Positions 42,708 to 58,190 of a DNA stretch of 64,000 nucleotides are shown here, piece by piece. Position 1 is the first letter of the stretch; every line of letters starts with the position of its first letter. The notes beneath the pieces were generated by a model. That model was not told where the DNA came from. It did not search any database and saw only the letters and a program-made list of their open reading frames with translations. The position numbers and the translations under genes are program-made. Source of the DNA: Octopus vulgaris (Eukaryota); contig OX597814.1 in assembly GCA_951406725.2 (NCBI GenBank), positions 4,836,001 through 4,900,000 of the forward strand, written 5' to 3'.

Positions 42708-45674
42708 ATGGCACTCACATATGCATGGCACTCACAGAAACGCATCTTGAACCCGATATAGGTGATGCAGAAATACACATGCCGCAATATGCAGTCATAC
42801 GCACAGATAGAAAAGGGAGGAGCCATGGTGGAGTTGCAATGTACATCCGAGATGACCTTACGCCACAGGTCCTGCTGTCATATTCAAACTCAGTGTGTGA
42901 AACTCAAATTGTACACATAAGACAATTGAATATCGTCATATGCACTACATATCGCCCACCAGATGCCCCAAATCACTCAGGCATGTTTGAAGACTGCCTA
43001 ACAAAAATAGGAGAAGTCCTCACCAACCTTGAACAGCACAACAGTGTATTCTTCATGGGTGACTTTAACCTCCCCAATGTGGAATGGCCTGGGGGGCAGA
43101 TGCTCCCAGGGATGACACACCATCAGCAGGCACAGCTGGAGTCCCTGCTCCATCTCACAAATGCCTCTTTCATGGAGCAAATAGTTCTGCAACCAACAAG
43201 GGCAGATAATATACTGGATCTCTGCTTCACAAACAATATGGATATTATCCATAATGTTAATGTGATGCCGACAATGATCTCGGATCACAACATAATAGAG
43301 CTGTCTATGTATGGAACAAAAGCCCCCGCAGACACACAGCCTATACGAAGCACCCACCATCTCTCCAACTTAAACTTTCATAAAGCCAACTGGAAGTTGA
43401 TTGAGAAAGAGATCCTCAAACAGGATTGGCCTGAATGTCTCTCCACACCGGACATAAACATGAAGCACAAACACTTCATGTCCATAATACAAGCCATATG
43501 TGACAAATATGTCCCAATGTGCAGGGCCAGCACACACAAGAACAAAAACAGGATCCCTAGAGAAAGGAGGATTCTTATGAGACGACGGACAAGGATTGCA
43601 AACCGCCTGAGCAAGCACACCAAAAGTGGTGAGAAGTCTCGGCTCGAAAGAATGCTAATGGAAACTGAGAAAAGTCTACATCAGTCCCATGAAAAGGAGA
43701 GAGCAGATAAAGAAGCTTGGGTAATAGAAAATATAAAATCAAACCCTAAAGCTTTCTTTAAGTTTGCCAAAGAGACAGCCACAGTGCACCAGAGAATAGG
43801 ACCTCTCTTCCAAAAAGATGGCTCTCTCACAGGAAATCCCACGAGGATAAGTGAAATACTGAACGAACAGTTTCAAAGTGTGTTCACTATACCTCTAGGA
43901 CACAGGCAAGTAAACAACCCAGAAGAATTCTTTGCCACTTTACCTGCGGCCAAAGAGACAAAAATTAAGTACATCAACATCGAAGATGATGATATCACAC
44001 TAGCCATTGATGAGATTGACACAAACTCAGCTGCTGGACCTGATGGATTCCCAGCGATCCTTCTCAAATCGTGCAAACGAGCCCTTGCAAAACCGCTACA
44101 GCTTCTTTTTCAGAGCTTTCTTGCAAGTGGTAAGCTCCCAGTCAAATTGAAAGAGGGGGTAATATGCCCTATCCATAAGGGAGGTAGCAGAGCAGATGCT
44201 AAAAATTATAGGCCTATCTCTCTGACCTCACACATCAGCAAAGTCATGGAACGAATAGTCCGTAAGAAACTAATCATGTTCCTTGAAGAAAATGACTTGC
44301 TGTCTGACCCCAGCATGGATTTCAACCAGGTAGAAGCTGCCTAACACAGCTCCTGCAACACTATGACTGGGTGTTGAAACAGCTACTAAATGGCTCAAAT
44401 GTGGATGTAATATATCTCGACTTTGCAAAAGCCTTTGATAAAGTCGACCATGGTATGATCTGTCACAAACTGCGTGGTCTCGGCATAGGCGGGAAACTTG
44501 GAGAGTGGCTGCACAACTTCCTAAAAGACAGAAGACAGGCAGCCGTGAGCAATGGAGCCACCTCCAAGGAAACGCAAATAACAAGCGGTGTCCCACAGGG
44601 CACTGTCTTGGGGCCACTGATGTTCATAGTGGCCCTTTCAGACATGCCTTCAGTTGCTACGATGACCACCCTTGCTAGCTATGCAGATGACACAAAAGTC
44701 TCCCACGCAATACAAAACCCTGAAAATATTGCGCATCTGCAACATGAGCTGGACACAATATACAGGTGGGCTGAGGACAACAACATGCAGTTTAATGCAG
44801 GTAAGTTCCAGGCCCTGCGCTATTGACACACAAAGGTAAATGACGTGAAGACTGGATACACTGGCCCAGGAAGAATTGCAATCCCTGAGTCAAAATCAGT
44901 GCGTGACCTGGGCATTGACATGAGCAATGATGCATCTTTCCAAATGCATATTGCTAATCTGGTGATAAAATGCAGACGGCTAGCTGGATGGATTCTCCGA
45001 ACTTTCAGAACAAGAGAGAAGGAGACACTGATGGTCCTATGGAAAACATTCGTCCTCAGCCGCTTGGACTACTGCTCCCAACTTTGGTCACCACACAATA
45101 TAAAACAAACAGCAGAACTCGAAGCAATTCAGAGAAGCTACACAAAGAAAATCGTCTCAATGCAAAATATCAGCTACTGGGAAAGACTGAAGGTATTAAA
45201 CCTCTTCTCCCTAGAGCGGAGGCGGGAGAGATATGCAGTGATATACATCTGGAAAATCCTGGAGGGTCTTGTCCCAAACTTTGGCATTCAAAGTTACTCC
45301 AACCGCAGAACGGGGCGCCGCTGCGTGGTGCCAAGGATTCCAACATCACCATCAAAATACAGGTCCAGATACTGCAACAGCTTGGGTTTCAGAGGACCAC
45401 AGCTCTTTAACATCCTCCCTAAATGCCTGAGAGACTTACATGGTGTGGATGTGGGTTTCTTTAAAACTAAACTGGATCTCTTCTTGTTGGGAGTCCCAGA
45501 TGAACCTACCTCACGACAGGAGACGCGGATGCGGGCAGCAGCATCGAACTCCCTTGTTGATCAAGTGCCACGTATCAGAGGTGGATTCACAAACTAGTGT
45601 AGCTCATTCAGCGGTGGTGCCCCAGCATGGCCGCGGCCTTCCGGGCTAAAACATTTTTAAGGATTTAAGGATTT
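42708..45674 (+). mobile_element. Young 5'-truncated CR1-group LINE ORF2 (APE endonuclease and RT) with one frameshift (~44310) and one stop (44824-44826)
   Basis: ALTETHL..RTDRKGRSHGGVAMY..YRPP..MGDFNLP..PTRADNILDL..SDHNII (APE); NYRPISLTS, QHGF, YLDFAKAFDKVDH, SGVPQGTVLGP, YADDTK (RT); LERRRERYAVIYIWKIL; stop at 45597; 3' UTR ending (ttaaggat) repeats into (TA)n. Confidence 0.93.
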
Positions 45675-46066
45675 ATATATATATATATATATATATGTCT
45701 CTTTTCAAAATATATATATTTTCTTTTCAACGACGGTGCATCAGCATGGCCGCAGCTCTGAGCTGAAACTAATGAAAAAAAAAATAAAAATACAAAATGG
45801 GACAAGAACGCAAAGCATCCAGATAGACGATACACGAAACACGGACGGGTCATTCGATGCTTTTAATCTTCAGTCAAGAACCGGATCATCCTCGCAATCT
45901 CGGCTGATTAATCTTGAGATTGCTCCAATCTGGCCAACCCCAAGGAAAAACTAACCCAAGCGCATTAGATTCCTTGAAAAAAAGCATCGAATGTATACGA
46001 AACAAGGACGGAAAAATGGACGATGTTACGCGAATATAAATACAAAAATAATACAAAAAAAAAATA

Positions 46067-46109
<43 letters not shown>

Positions 46110-46215
46110 GGACATAACAACAATATATATATATATATATAAATACATACATACATATATGCATGCATGCATGCATACATACATGCATACATGCATACAT
46201 GCATACATACATACA

Positions 46216-46249
<34 letters not shown>

Positions 46250-46274
46250 CATACATACATACATACATACATAT

Positions 46275-46420
46275 AAAGGTGATGGGATCCGTTTTCTCTT
46301 TTATCGGTTTTGGGACAATGTTAAACAGGGCAGAGCCTGTTGAGGAAAAGAAATTGTGTCGCAGTGTACCTATATGTTGTGATCGTGAATTGGGCAGGGA
46401 ACGTATGGCCCATGGTCTTT
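46275..46420 (-). mobile_element. CR1-group LINE C-terminal fragment
   Basis: RHNFFSSTGSALFNIVPKPIKE resembles NSLGFRGPQLFNILPKCLRD of the 45-kb LINE. Confidence 0.55.
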
Positions 46421-46748
46421 TTGTGGTTTTTTGTGCAGAGGACACTTGCTACAGCGTAGTTCACTGCACAACACATGCTTTGCAATCTTACTATCTTCCA
46501 CACGAGCACATATAATTGTGTGTGTGCCTGTGTGAGTACATATATATGTGTGTGTGTCCGTGTGTGTATATATATATATTTATATATATATAATAAATCT
46601 CTAAGTGAAGTATAAACAGTAGCTGCACGACATCGTGAAGTATATTTGCTACTTAATTGTGGCTAGCCCTTAAGAGCTGAAGAGGTCTTAGCTTGTAGCC
46701 CCAGGAAGACATCTCCTCCAGTTGGCTATTGATAAACTATCTGTGCCC

Positions 46749-46785
<37 letters not shown>

Positions 46786-46786
46786 G

Positions 46787-46840
<54 letters not shown>

Positions 46841-46920
46841 TTTATACGTATATATATACGTACATACATTATATATGAATATATACGTATATATATTACA
46901 TATTAATATATATGTATATA

Positions 46921-46976
<56 letters not shown>

Positions 46977-47036
46977 TATATAATATATATATATATATTA
47001 ATATATAATGTATGTACGTATATATATACGTATATA

Positions 47037-47757
<721 letters not shown>

Positions 47758-47943
47758 ATATTGCTATATATATAGAGTTTGATATATATATATATATATA
47801 AATATAAGCAAGGTAAAAGTTTTTAGTTTTCATCCCCTTCAAAATTGCTCTTAAATGTGGTTTTGGCCATTTTGACTGCTTCTTCTAGCGTGTAAGGCTG
47901 CCTGTTAAAGGTCGCCTCTCTTGTGCTTGAATGTACACTAACT

Positions 47944-47973
<30 letters not shown>

Positions 47974-47974
<1 letters not shown>

Positions 47975-48385
47975 AGTGGCTGTGTGGTAAGTAGCTTGTT
48001 TACCAACCACATGGTTCCGGGTTCAGTCCCAGTGCATGGCACCTTGGGCAAGTGTCTTCTACTATAGCCTCGGGCCGACCAAAGCTTTGTGAGTGGATTT
48101 GGTAGACGGAAACTGAAAGAAGCCCGTCGTATATATGTATATATATATATATGGGTGTGTGTGATTGTGTGTCTGTGTTTGTCCCCCTAGCATTGCTTGA
48201 CAACCGATGCTGGTGTGTTTATGTCCCCGTTACTTAGCGGTTCGGCAAAAGAGACCGATAGAATAAGTACTGGGCTTACAAAAGAATAAGTCCCGGGGTC
48301 GATTTGCTCGATTAAAGGCGGTGCTCCAGCATGGCCGCAGTCAAATGGCTGAAACAACTAAAAGAGTAAAAGAGAGTAAAGAGTA
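47974..48385 (+). mobile_element. SINE family A
   Basis: Full-length match to 5910-6324. Confidence 0.88.
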
Positions 48386-48850
48386 TATGTAAATTAGTAA
48401 TAATAATAAAGCTAGTCAGAAGAAACGGAGGAATTTTACCTTAATTTATTTTTCTAGAGAAAGTCTTCAGATTTTCAAGAAAACGAACTGAGATGAAACG
48501 AGATGAAATACGGTCAGATAAATAATTACGTCATTATATTTCGGAATTTATCCGTCTCGCGTTTGAGACTACTTGTGACTCTACTCTCAAGTGTTCTCCA
48601 ACGCTAGACGGAAAATTCTCAAATATAATGACATAATTATCGTACTGGATTCCATTCCATTCCATTTCTTTGCAAAATTTGAAGACTTTCTCTGCCTGTT
48701 ATATAAATAAACTAAAGTACAACCACTTCGTTTCTTCAGACTAACCTTATTTACTAATATACTACTCTCCACACTACAGAAACGTTTTATTCCTATACAC
48801 ACACACACACATACAAACACATACGCGTATGTGTGTGTTTATATATATAT

Positions 48851-49140
48851 AGTTAATCCCCCCCCCCAAAAAAAAAAAGAAAACGAAGAAAAAACACAAG
48901 AAAAAAAGCAACAACGCGAGGACATGTAAAGTATTAGAAGACGCTCAGGGAAGGAAAGAAAGGTGGTTTTATGTTTCGAGCAGACGCTCTTCGTCAGAAA
49001 CAGGAGACGGAAGAAAGTCCAAGAGAAAAGGAAAGCGGAGGGAAAAAAATCGCCAACGATCCACGCGTGGTTACATTTTGAAATGACCGGAAGGAAAAGG
49101 CTGAAGAAAAAGTTTTTTCTAAGACAGGGGAATGTAAGAG
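48851..49140 (-). mobile_element. Family H repeat with a minimal hammerhead
   Basis: GUUU-CUGACGA-A-GAGC-gucu-GCUC-GAAACAUA-AAAC at 49001-48966. Confidence 0.7.
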
Positions 49141-49795
49141 AAGGAGGTATCTGTGTGCATGTGTGGGTATGTGCGTGCGTGCAAGTCTGCACGCGTGTGT
49201 GTGTGTCTGTGTGTCTTGTGTGTGTGTGTGTTGTATGTGTGTGGTGTTTGTGTAGTGTTGGCTGTTTATATGCATATGCGATGAAAACATATCAGACACC
49301 GTTTTTAACACATCTGGTGCCTTCATGCAATACTCAGGCTGTGCCCACATGGCATAACAAGGTAAAACAGAACGATAGGATGAGAGTTAAAAGAGCGAGA
49401 AAGGGCGAGAAGGAAGTAGATGTAAAAGGTGGAAGATTGAAAACCGGAAACGACAAAGAAAACACTAAAGAAAGAAGGGGGATTAGAGTTGTGTTCTCTT
49501 TGACCGTAGAGTCTGCGGTACAGCTACTCAATCTGGATGAGGAGGGTTATTTTCTAATTCGCCAACATGAACTTATGCATATGTTTACAACTGCTGATAA
49601 TTTCAGATCTGGAACTCAGCAGTGCAGTAGGGTTCTTAGATCTGAAAAGGATCGGTGTTCTTTCAGCTACGCATAGCTTACAATTTTTTTGATACGTTGA
49701 AATAGGATGTGAACTTTTCAACTATTTTCCATTTTATTGCATTTGGACAAACAAAAGAAAGAATTATTCGACACATTTAGTAGGAATTACATATA

Positions 49796-50010
49796 TTCTT
49801 TTCTGTTCTAGGCACAAGGCTCGAAATTTTGGGGGAGGGGCCAGTCAATTAGAACGACTCCAGTACGCAACTCGTACTTAATTTATCGACCCCCAAAAGG
49901 ATGAAAGGCAAAGTCGACCTTGGCGGAATTTGTACTTAGAACGTAAAGACAGACGAAATACCGCTAAGCATATTGTCCAGTGGGCTAACGTTTCTGCCAG
50001 CTCACTGCCT
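49796..50010 (-). mobile_element. SINE family B (alternative tail)
   Basis: aaggatgaaaggcaaagtcgacct...ctgccagctc. Confidence 0.8.
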
Positions 50011-50064
50011 TAGGGGTTGCATATATTATTATCTATAATGAAGTCGAATGGAACTATTTTAAAG

Positions 50065-50181
<117 letters not shown>

Positions 50182-50312
50182 GGATTGATAGACAGACAAA
50201 TAGATATACTTAATCTTTGTCCGCTTGATAACAAGTGACGATACATTTCGTTGTTAGAACGTTTGAAAGAAATAGCAAAACCGATGAAAGAAAAATGTTT
50301 ATACGTTGTATG

Positions 50313-50455
<143 letters not shown>

Positions 50456-50589
50456 GTCTGTGTGTGTCTGTGTGTGTGTGTGTGTGTGAAATAGTATTTA
50501 TCTGTGTATATATACACAGATAGACAAAGAGAGAAAGAGGAATAGACAGACAGATAGACATACAGACAGATAGATTGTCTGATAGATAG

Positions 50590-52143
<1,554 letters not shown>

Positions 52144-52397
52144 AAGATATAGACGCACATAAAAGGTGTATTTTTCAATCATTCTTTTGTTTGGTTATCG
52201 ATCTTCAGCCCTTCCTCCTCCCTCACCTTCATCTCTCGGTCCTTGTCCCCGTCCCCATCACCCCGACCACCCACCCCCCACCCCCCAGCCCTTCCCACCA
52301 CCCACCTTCACGCCCACGCACCGTTCAAACTCAACAATCTACACCTGGAACGGACAGCAACAATATTTACTGAACATATTCTGGCCGATAATAAATA

Positions 52398-52558
52398 GAT
52401 GATGATGGTGGCGGTGGTGGTGGTGGTGGTAGTGGTGGTGGTGGCGGTGGTGGTGGTGGTGGTGGCGGTGGTGGTGGTGGTGGTGGTGGTGGTGGTGGTG
52501 GTGTCGTCGCTGTAGCCGTGGTAGATTTGGTGGTGGTGATCATCATGATCATGATCAG

Positions 52559-52591
<33 letters not shown>

Positions 52592-52935
52592 GGTGATGAT
52601 GATGATGATGAGGAGGAGGAGGAGGAGGATCAGGATGATGATGACGAGGAGGAGGAGGAGGAGGAGGATCAGGATGATGACGAGGAGGAGGAGGAGGAGG
52701 AGGAGGATCAGGATGATGATGAGGAGGAGGAGTATCAGGATGTTGATGATGATAATGAGGAGGAGGAGGATAATAATGATGTTGATGACGATGATGATGA
52801 TGATGATGATGATGACGATGATGATGAAGATTATCATCCTCATCATCATCATCGTCACTGATCGCTTCATCATCATCATCATAAGGGGGAAGAAGGGGAA
52901 GAGGGTGATGGGGATGATGGTGACGATGACAACGA
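52398..52935. repeat. Compound trinucleotide repeat (GGT/GAT/GAG)
   Basis: Direct inspection. Confidence 0.9.
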
Positions 52936-53073
52936 TAAGCGCAAAATCTAGAAATAAGTTTCTGCGGAGACAAAAATCTGGAAATTTGAATTCTGAAAAT
53001 AGAAACGAAAAGAAAAGATAAAAAAAAAATAAGGTAGCAGGAAGTGATTAATTAGTCAGTCGGAACTGCTGCA

Positions 53074-53119
<46 letters not shown>

Positions 53120-53369
53120 CGCCTTCCCCCACCCCCGACCAACTCCTCATTAAATCACTTCTCCTCGTAAATGCTCCACCTCTTCTCTCGTTCAAAGGAC
53201 ACTAGAATCTTTACACCTTTTAATGAGAAGCTCGCTAACCCTCATCCACCCCCAGCCAGATGCCTTCGACGGCCCTCCCCACATATGCCAGACCCTGTCC
53301 TTTCAACTCTAACAACACCAACCCTAAATGTCCCCTCGCGCACATTTTTACGTCTACCCATGCAATAGC

Positions 53370-53578
53370 CTAATCCAAACATGAAAACACAAAGACAAAA
53401 CACAACAACGCGAGGACGTGAAACAAGTATAGTGTTATTGGACGCTCAGGAAAGGAAAGAAAGAAGGAGGAGTTAACGTTTCGAGCGGAGCTCTTCGTCA
53501 GAAACATAGAAAAAGGAAAGATCCAAGGAAGAGAAGACGGAGGAAAAAAATCGCCAACGATACACACGCGGTCACATA
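53370..53578 (-). mobile_element. Family H repeat with a minimal hammerhead
   Basis: GUUU-CUGACGA-A-GAGC-ucc-GCUC-GAAACGUUAAC at 53505-53472; homologous to 61565-61770. Confidence 0.7.
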
Positions 53579-53750
53579 CATATATATATACCATTTACCA
53601 TATTTTTATTTTTCATTCCCTTCGAAATTTTATCCTTTATTGTGGTTTGGAATTTAACTGTCCTCTCTAGCGTGCAAGAAGTCCTATGATGGATGCCCCA
53701 AACCCATGGTAGTGGAAATTTCAAATATTTCTGATTACCCTTTGATATTA

Positions 53751-53816
<66 letters not shown>

Positions 53817-54035
53817 TCTATGTATATATTCATATGTATATGAATATATATGCGCGTGTGTGTGTGTGAATTAAGGCTACCATTGGTTTCATGTTACGAA
53901 AAGTAGGAAAATATTCAAGTGTCTTAACAATTTTTCAAGCCAATCACATGGAGAAAGGTAGCCTTAATTCACAAATAAAGAAATTATATGCACCAGTGCG
54001 GTGTTGAGCATTCATTTTCGCTGTTCGACATTTAC

Positions 54036-54091
<56 letters not shown>

Positions 54092-54096
<5 letters not shown>

Positions 54097-56280
54097 TAGA
54101 CAAGGGAAATGCAGTTGTAATAATGGATACATCATACTATGGAAATCTTGTAATTTCCTTGCTTGATGACGACCTACATTATGAAAAAATTACCAACTAC
54201 ACCCCACAAAAAATAATGAAAACTCTATCTTCACTAATTAAAACCCATGAAAAGGAACTAACAACCAAAGAGATTGACTTTCTAACAAACTTTAAATGCA
54301 AACCTAGCCTTTTCTATGGTCTGCCAAAAATTCATAAAAGCCAAATTATAAATGAAACCATTAAAAAATCACCAAAGACATACATACACACACCTAACCC
54401 GGGGGACCTAAAACTACGACCCATTGTAGCTGGCCCAACCTGTGAAACACACAGACTAAGTCTATTTATGGACATCCTCCTGAAACCCTTCCTTAAACAT
54501 ATCGATAGCCATATCAGAGATGACTTAGATATGTTAAACCACCTTCCAAAAAAAGCCAAGGAAGAAACAATCCTAGTTTCATTTGATGTAGTTAACTTAT
54601 ATACCAGTATACCTCATAATTATGGACTAGAGGCAATACAGTTCTGGCTGGACCAATTTCCGGAAGAAATACCAAAAAGGATCAGTAAAGAATTCATTAC
54701 TAAATCAATTGAATTCATCCTACATAATAACCACTTCATGTTTGACAATACATTTTACCGTCAAAAATCCGGAATTGCTATGGGTACAAGGGCAGCACCA
54801 GTCATTGCGAACCTAACAATGGGCTACATGGAAATAATCATTTACCAGGAATCTTTATCAATCTTTGGAAACCTCCTTTCTCAATACATAAAAGAGAATT
54901 GGAAACGATTCTTAGACGATTGTTTTATACTCTGGAATGAAAACACAGATAAACTCCTAAAATTTAAAAACCTATTGAACAGCATAAACCCAAATATACA
55001 GTTCACAATGGAATACAACAAAATAGGAGCTCCCGTTCTTGGATATACTAATTAAAAAAATTAACCTTAAAATAGAAACAGACATTTTTTACAAAGCCAC
55101 AGACGCCAAACAATACCTTCTTTTTAATTCATGCCACCCAAGACACACTAAAACAAACATCCCCTTCAACCTTGCAAGAAGGATATGCACAATAGTGTCA
55201 GAACAAAATACCAGGAACTTTAGACTGCAAGAACTCAAAAACACCCTAATTGACAGACATTACCCAGCTCAACACATAGAGGATGGGATCAGACGTGCAA
55301 CAGAAATCAACATAGAAACTTTAAGAAAAGTTCAACACAACAACACACCTTCCCCGAAAATACTACCTTACATATCTACATACAACCCCAGAAACAAAGA
55401 AGCCTTCACCATCATCACCCAGAATTTACCAATACTTCATAAGGACCCCAAATTAAAGGAAATTCTAAACATACACCAAATCATTAAAAGCTACAAACAA
55501 CCTAAATCACTTAAAAAGATTCTCACAAAGGCAAAATTGTTTTCTGAAATTACGGATGCAAAAGTAAAAAAATGTGGTAGATCGAACTGTGCAACATGTC
55601 CAAACCTGCTAGAAGGATCAGAATTCCTCTTTAAAGAGGGACAGAAATTCAAGATCAAATCTAACTTTACTTGTGCCTCTGAAAACATAATTTATGTCAT
55701 AAAATGCTCGGGCTGCCACCAAGACTACGTGGGATCCACGGGACTATCACTCAGACGTAGATGCACACTGCATCGACAACAGATTGCATTCCCAGAATAC
55801 AGAATGATACCTTTTAGTGAGCACATTGAGAAATGCGCAAAGCAACTACTACCACAATTTTTAATCTTTCCATTTTACCAATGTGCTATCGGATCATCAA
55901 CACAAATTAGACTAAACAAGGAAACATTCTTCATTGAAAAGTACAAGCCCAGACTTAACCATGCCAACATACTGATACAGAGAAATTCACACCAAGGGAA
56001 AGGAAAAATTTTAAGCGATTATCTCCCTTACACCGGAAGAAATCACTCATTACCTCCCCTTATTTAGAACTCTTTTAAACATAAACATAACGATAACTCT
56101 ATTCAACATAAACATAACGTCGTAAGAAATTTGAAAAGCTAAACGCTAAACCGGTCTTTCTTCTAAACTATGTCATTGTAAGGAAAAAAAAATTTTAATA
56201 TTCTTCAGACATATTGACGCAAATATATATATTTTTTAACCTTTAAGCCTTCTGTAGTTTTTTCACTTTTTACTATTTTC
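54092..56280 (+). mobile_element. 5'-truncated Penelope-like retroelement (RT and GIY-YIG), Neptune-type, with one frameshift at ~55020
   Basis: DKGNAVVIMD, FYGLPKIHK, LRPIV, LVSFDVVNLYTSIP, GIAMGT, RFLDDCF, FTME/LPFLD, YLLFNSCHP, linker CGRSNCATC, CASENIIYVIKC..C..DYVGST..LRRRCTLH; stop at 56067; starts directly after (TA)n. Confidence 0.92.
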
Positions 56281-56317
56281 TATATATTCAACCACGTGCT
56301 TTCACAAACCAACTTTC

Positions 56318-56419
<102 letters not shown>

Positions 56420-56449
56420 ACACGTATGTATGTATGTATGTATGTATAG

Positions 56450-56640
56450 TCAAAAAGAATAATCGAACATTAAAATTAACAATAGCAGACAACAAGAGGA
56501 CATGCACCTGGCATGTATTAGTTTGACGCTCAATAAAAAGAGAGAGTTTTTGACGTTTTGAGCACAGCTCTTCGTCGGAAATGAGAAGGAGTAAAGCCCA
56601 AAGACGGAAAAGAAATCACCAGCAGCAGGTCTATAGTTAC
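56450..56640 (-). mobile_element. Diverged family H repeat
   Basis: auuu-CCGACGA-A-GAGC-ugu-GCUC-AAAACGUC-aaaa at about 56582-56546. Confidence 0.55.
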
Positions 56641-56671
56641 ATGGCTATATATTGTTGTTTTGTTATTGTTA

Positions 56672-56822
56672 CTTTTACGTCCCCGTTACTTAGCGGTTCG
56701 GCAAAAGATACCGATAGAATTAGTACAAGGCTTAAAAAATAAGTACAGAGGTCAATTGATTCGACTAAAAAATTCAAGACAATGCTCCAGCATGACCGCA
56801 GTCTCATGACTGAAACAAGTGA
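56672..56822 (+). mobile_element. SINE family A, 3' fragment
   Basis: tttacgtccccgttacttagcggttcggcaaaaga...ccagcatgaccgcagtctcatgactgaaacaagt. Confidence 0.75.
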
Positions 56823-56934
56823 AGTCATTCGCTCGGAAATATCATCACAAACAACATGGACAAAGTTTCTTCTTAAGAAAATACATATTCAAATAAGTAA
56901 ACCATAATATCATGAATAGCGAAAGCGAAACCGG

Positions 56935-57200
56935 TCGATATATTTGCATAAGGTGGATGTAGATGTCTTCAAAAAGGAATTAAACATCCTCCTGTTCACA
57001 ATGCCGGATCAACCAACAGCCCGACATGAGATGCAGATGAGGGCTGCGGAATCAGACCCAATTATATACCAAATGTACCAACAGCTGGGACAAAGGTTAT
57101 ATACAGGAGTGGTGATGTGACACACCCAGACTGAGGAAGTCAGTAAGACCATGGTGGTGCTCCAGCATGACCACGGCCGCATATCTGAAACGAGTAAAAG
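56935..57200 (+). mobile_element. 3' fragment of a diverged CR1-group LINE
   Basis: LHKVDVDVFKKELNILLFTMPDQPTARHEMQMRAAESDPIIYQM plus the tail ggtggtgctccagcatgaccacgg...tgaaac. Confidence 0.75.
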
Positions 57201-57275
57201 TATATGTGTGTGTGTGTGTGTTTGTGTGTATATATATACATACTGCATGCACATACACACACACGCACACATATA

Positions 57276-57316
<41 letters not shown>

Positions 57317-57604
57317 GTACATGCGTAGATATACAATGCTTGTATACATTTATGAATATTTATGTAGATAGAGAAAGAGAGGGGGTAGAGATTTCTTTAT
57401 TTAGCCACACAGGGCTTAACACAGAGGGGACAATACAAGGAAGAATTTTCCTTTTTCGAAATTTATCAAAAGGGATCGGAAAAAAAAGACGTTTTGTGGG
57501 GACGTGTACGGAAATAGATAACAAGGTAACGTTTCTTTAAACAATTTGAATTCCCAAAAGGGGAAGAAAATGGTAACCTCATAAAAGGGAAACATCTGAG
57601 CCTG

Positions 57605-57780
57605 ATGCTTAGCGGCATTTCGTCCGTCTTTATGTTCTGAGTTCAAATTCCAGCGAGGTCGACTTTGCTTTTCGTCGTTTTGGGATCGATGAAATACATA
57701 CCAAATGAACACTAGGGTCGATGTAATCGACTCATCCCTCTTCCTCTCCCAAAATGTCAGGCTTTGTACCTAAAGTAGAC
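57605..57780 (+). mobile_element. SINE family B, partial
   Basis: gcttagcggcatttcgtccgtc...gagttcaaattccagcgaggtcgactttgc. Confidence 0.7.
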
Positions 57781-57785
57781 TTTGC

Positions 57786-58190
57786 TCTTTTACTCTTTTA
57801 CTTGTTTCAGTCATTTGACTGCGGCCATGCTGGAGCACCGCCTTTAATCGAGCAACTTGACCCCCGGGACTTATTCTTTTGTAAGCCCAGTACTTATTCT
57901 ATCGGTCTCTTTTGCCGAACCGCTAAGTAACGGGGACGTAAACACACCAGCATCGGTTGTCAAGCGATGTTGTGGGGGGAACACAAACACACAAACACAC
58001 ACACGCACATATAAATATACATATATACGACGGGCTTCTTTCAGTTTCCGTCTACCAAATCCACTCATAAGGCTTTGGTCGGCCCGGGGCTATAGCAGAA
58101 GACACTTGCCCAAGGTGCCACGCAGTGGGACTGAACCCGGAACCATGTGGTTGGTAAGCAAGCTACTTACCACACAGCCACTCCTGCACC
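57786..58190 (-). mobile_element. SINE family A
   Basis: Full-length reverse-complement copy. Confidence 0.88.

Noticed and set aside
45790-46050. Complex-sequence island that may be another PLE terminal repeat
   Set aside because: Single copy in the window and no complete hammerhead fold could be drawn.
48963-49676. 237-aa ORF
   Set aside because: Runs through a family H repeat and (TG)n, with no recognisable domain.
52308-53021. His/Pro-rich ORFs
   Set aside because: Compound trinucleotide repeat open in several frames, with no splice or domain support.
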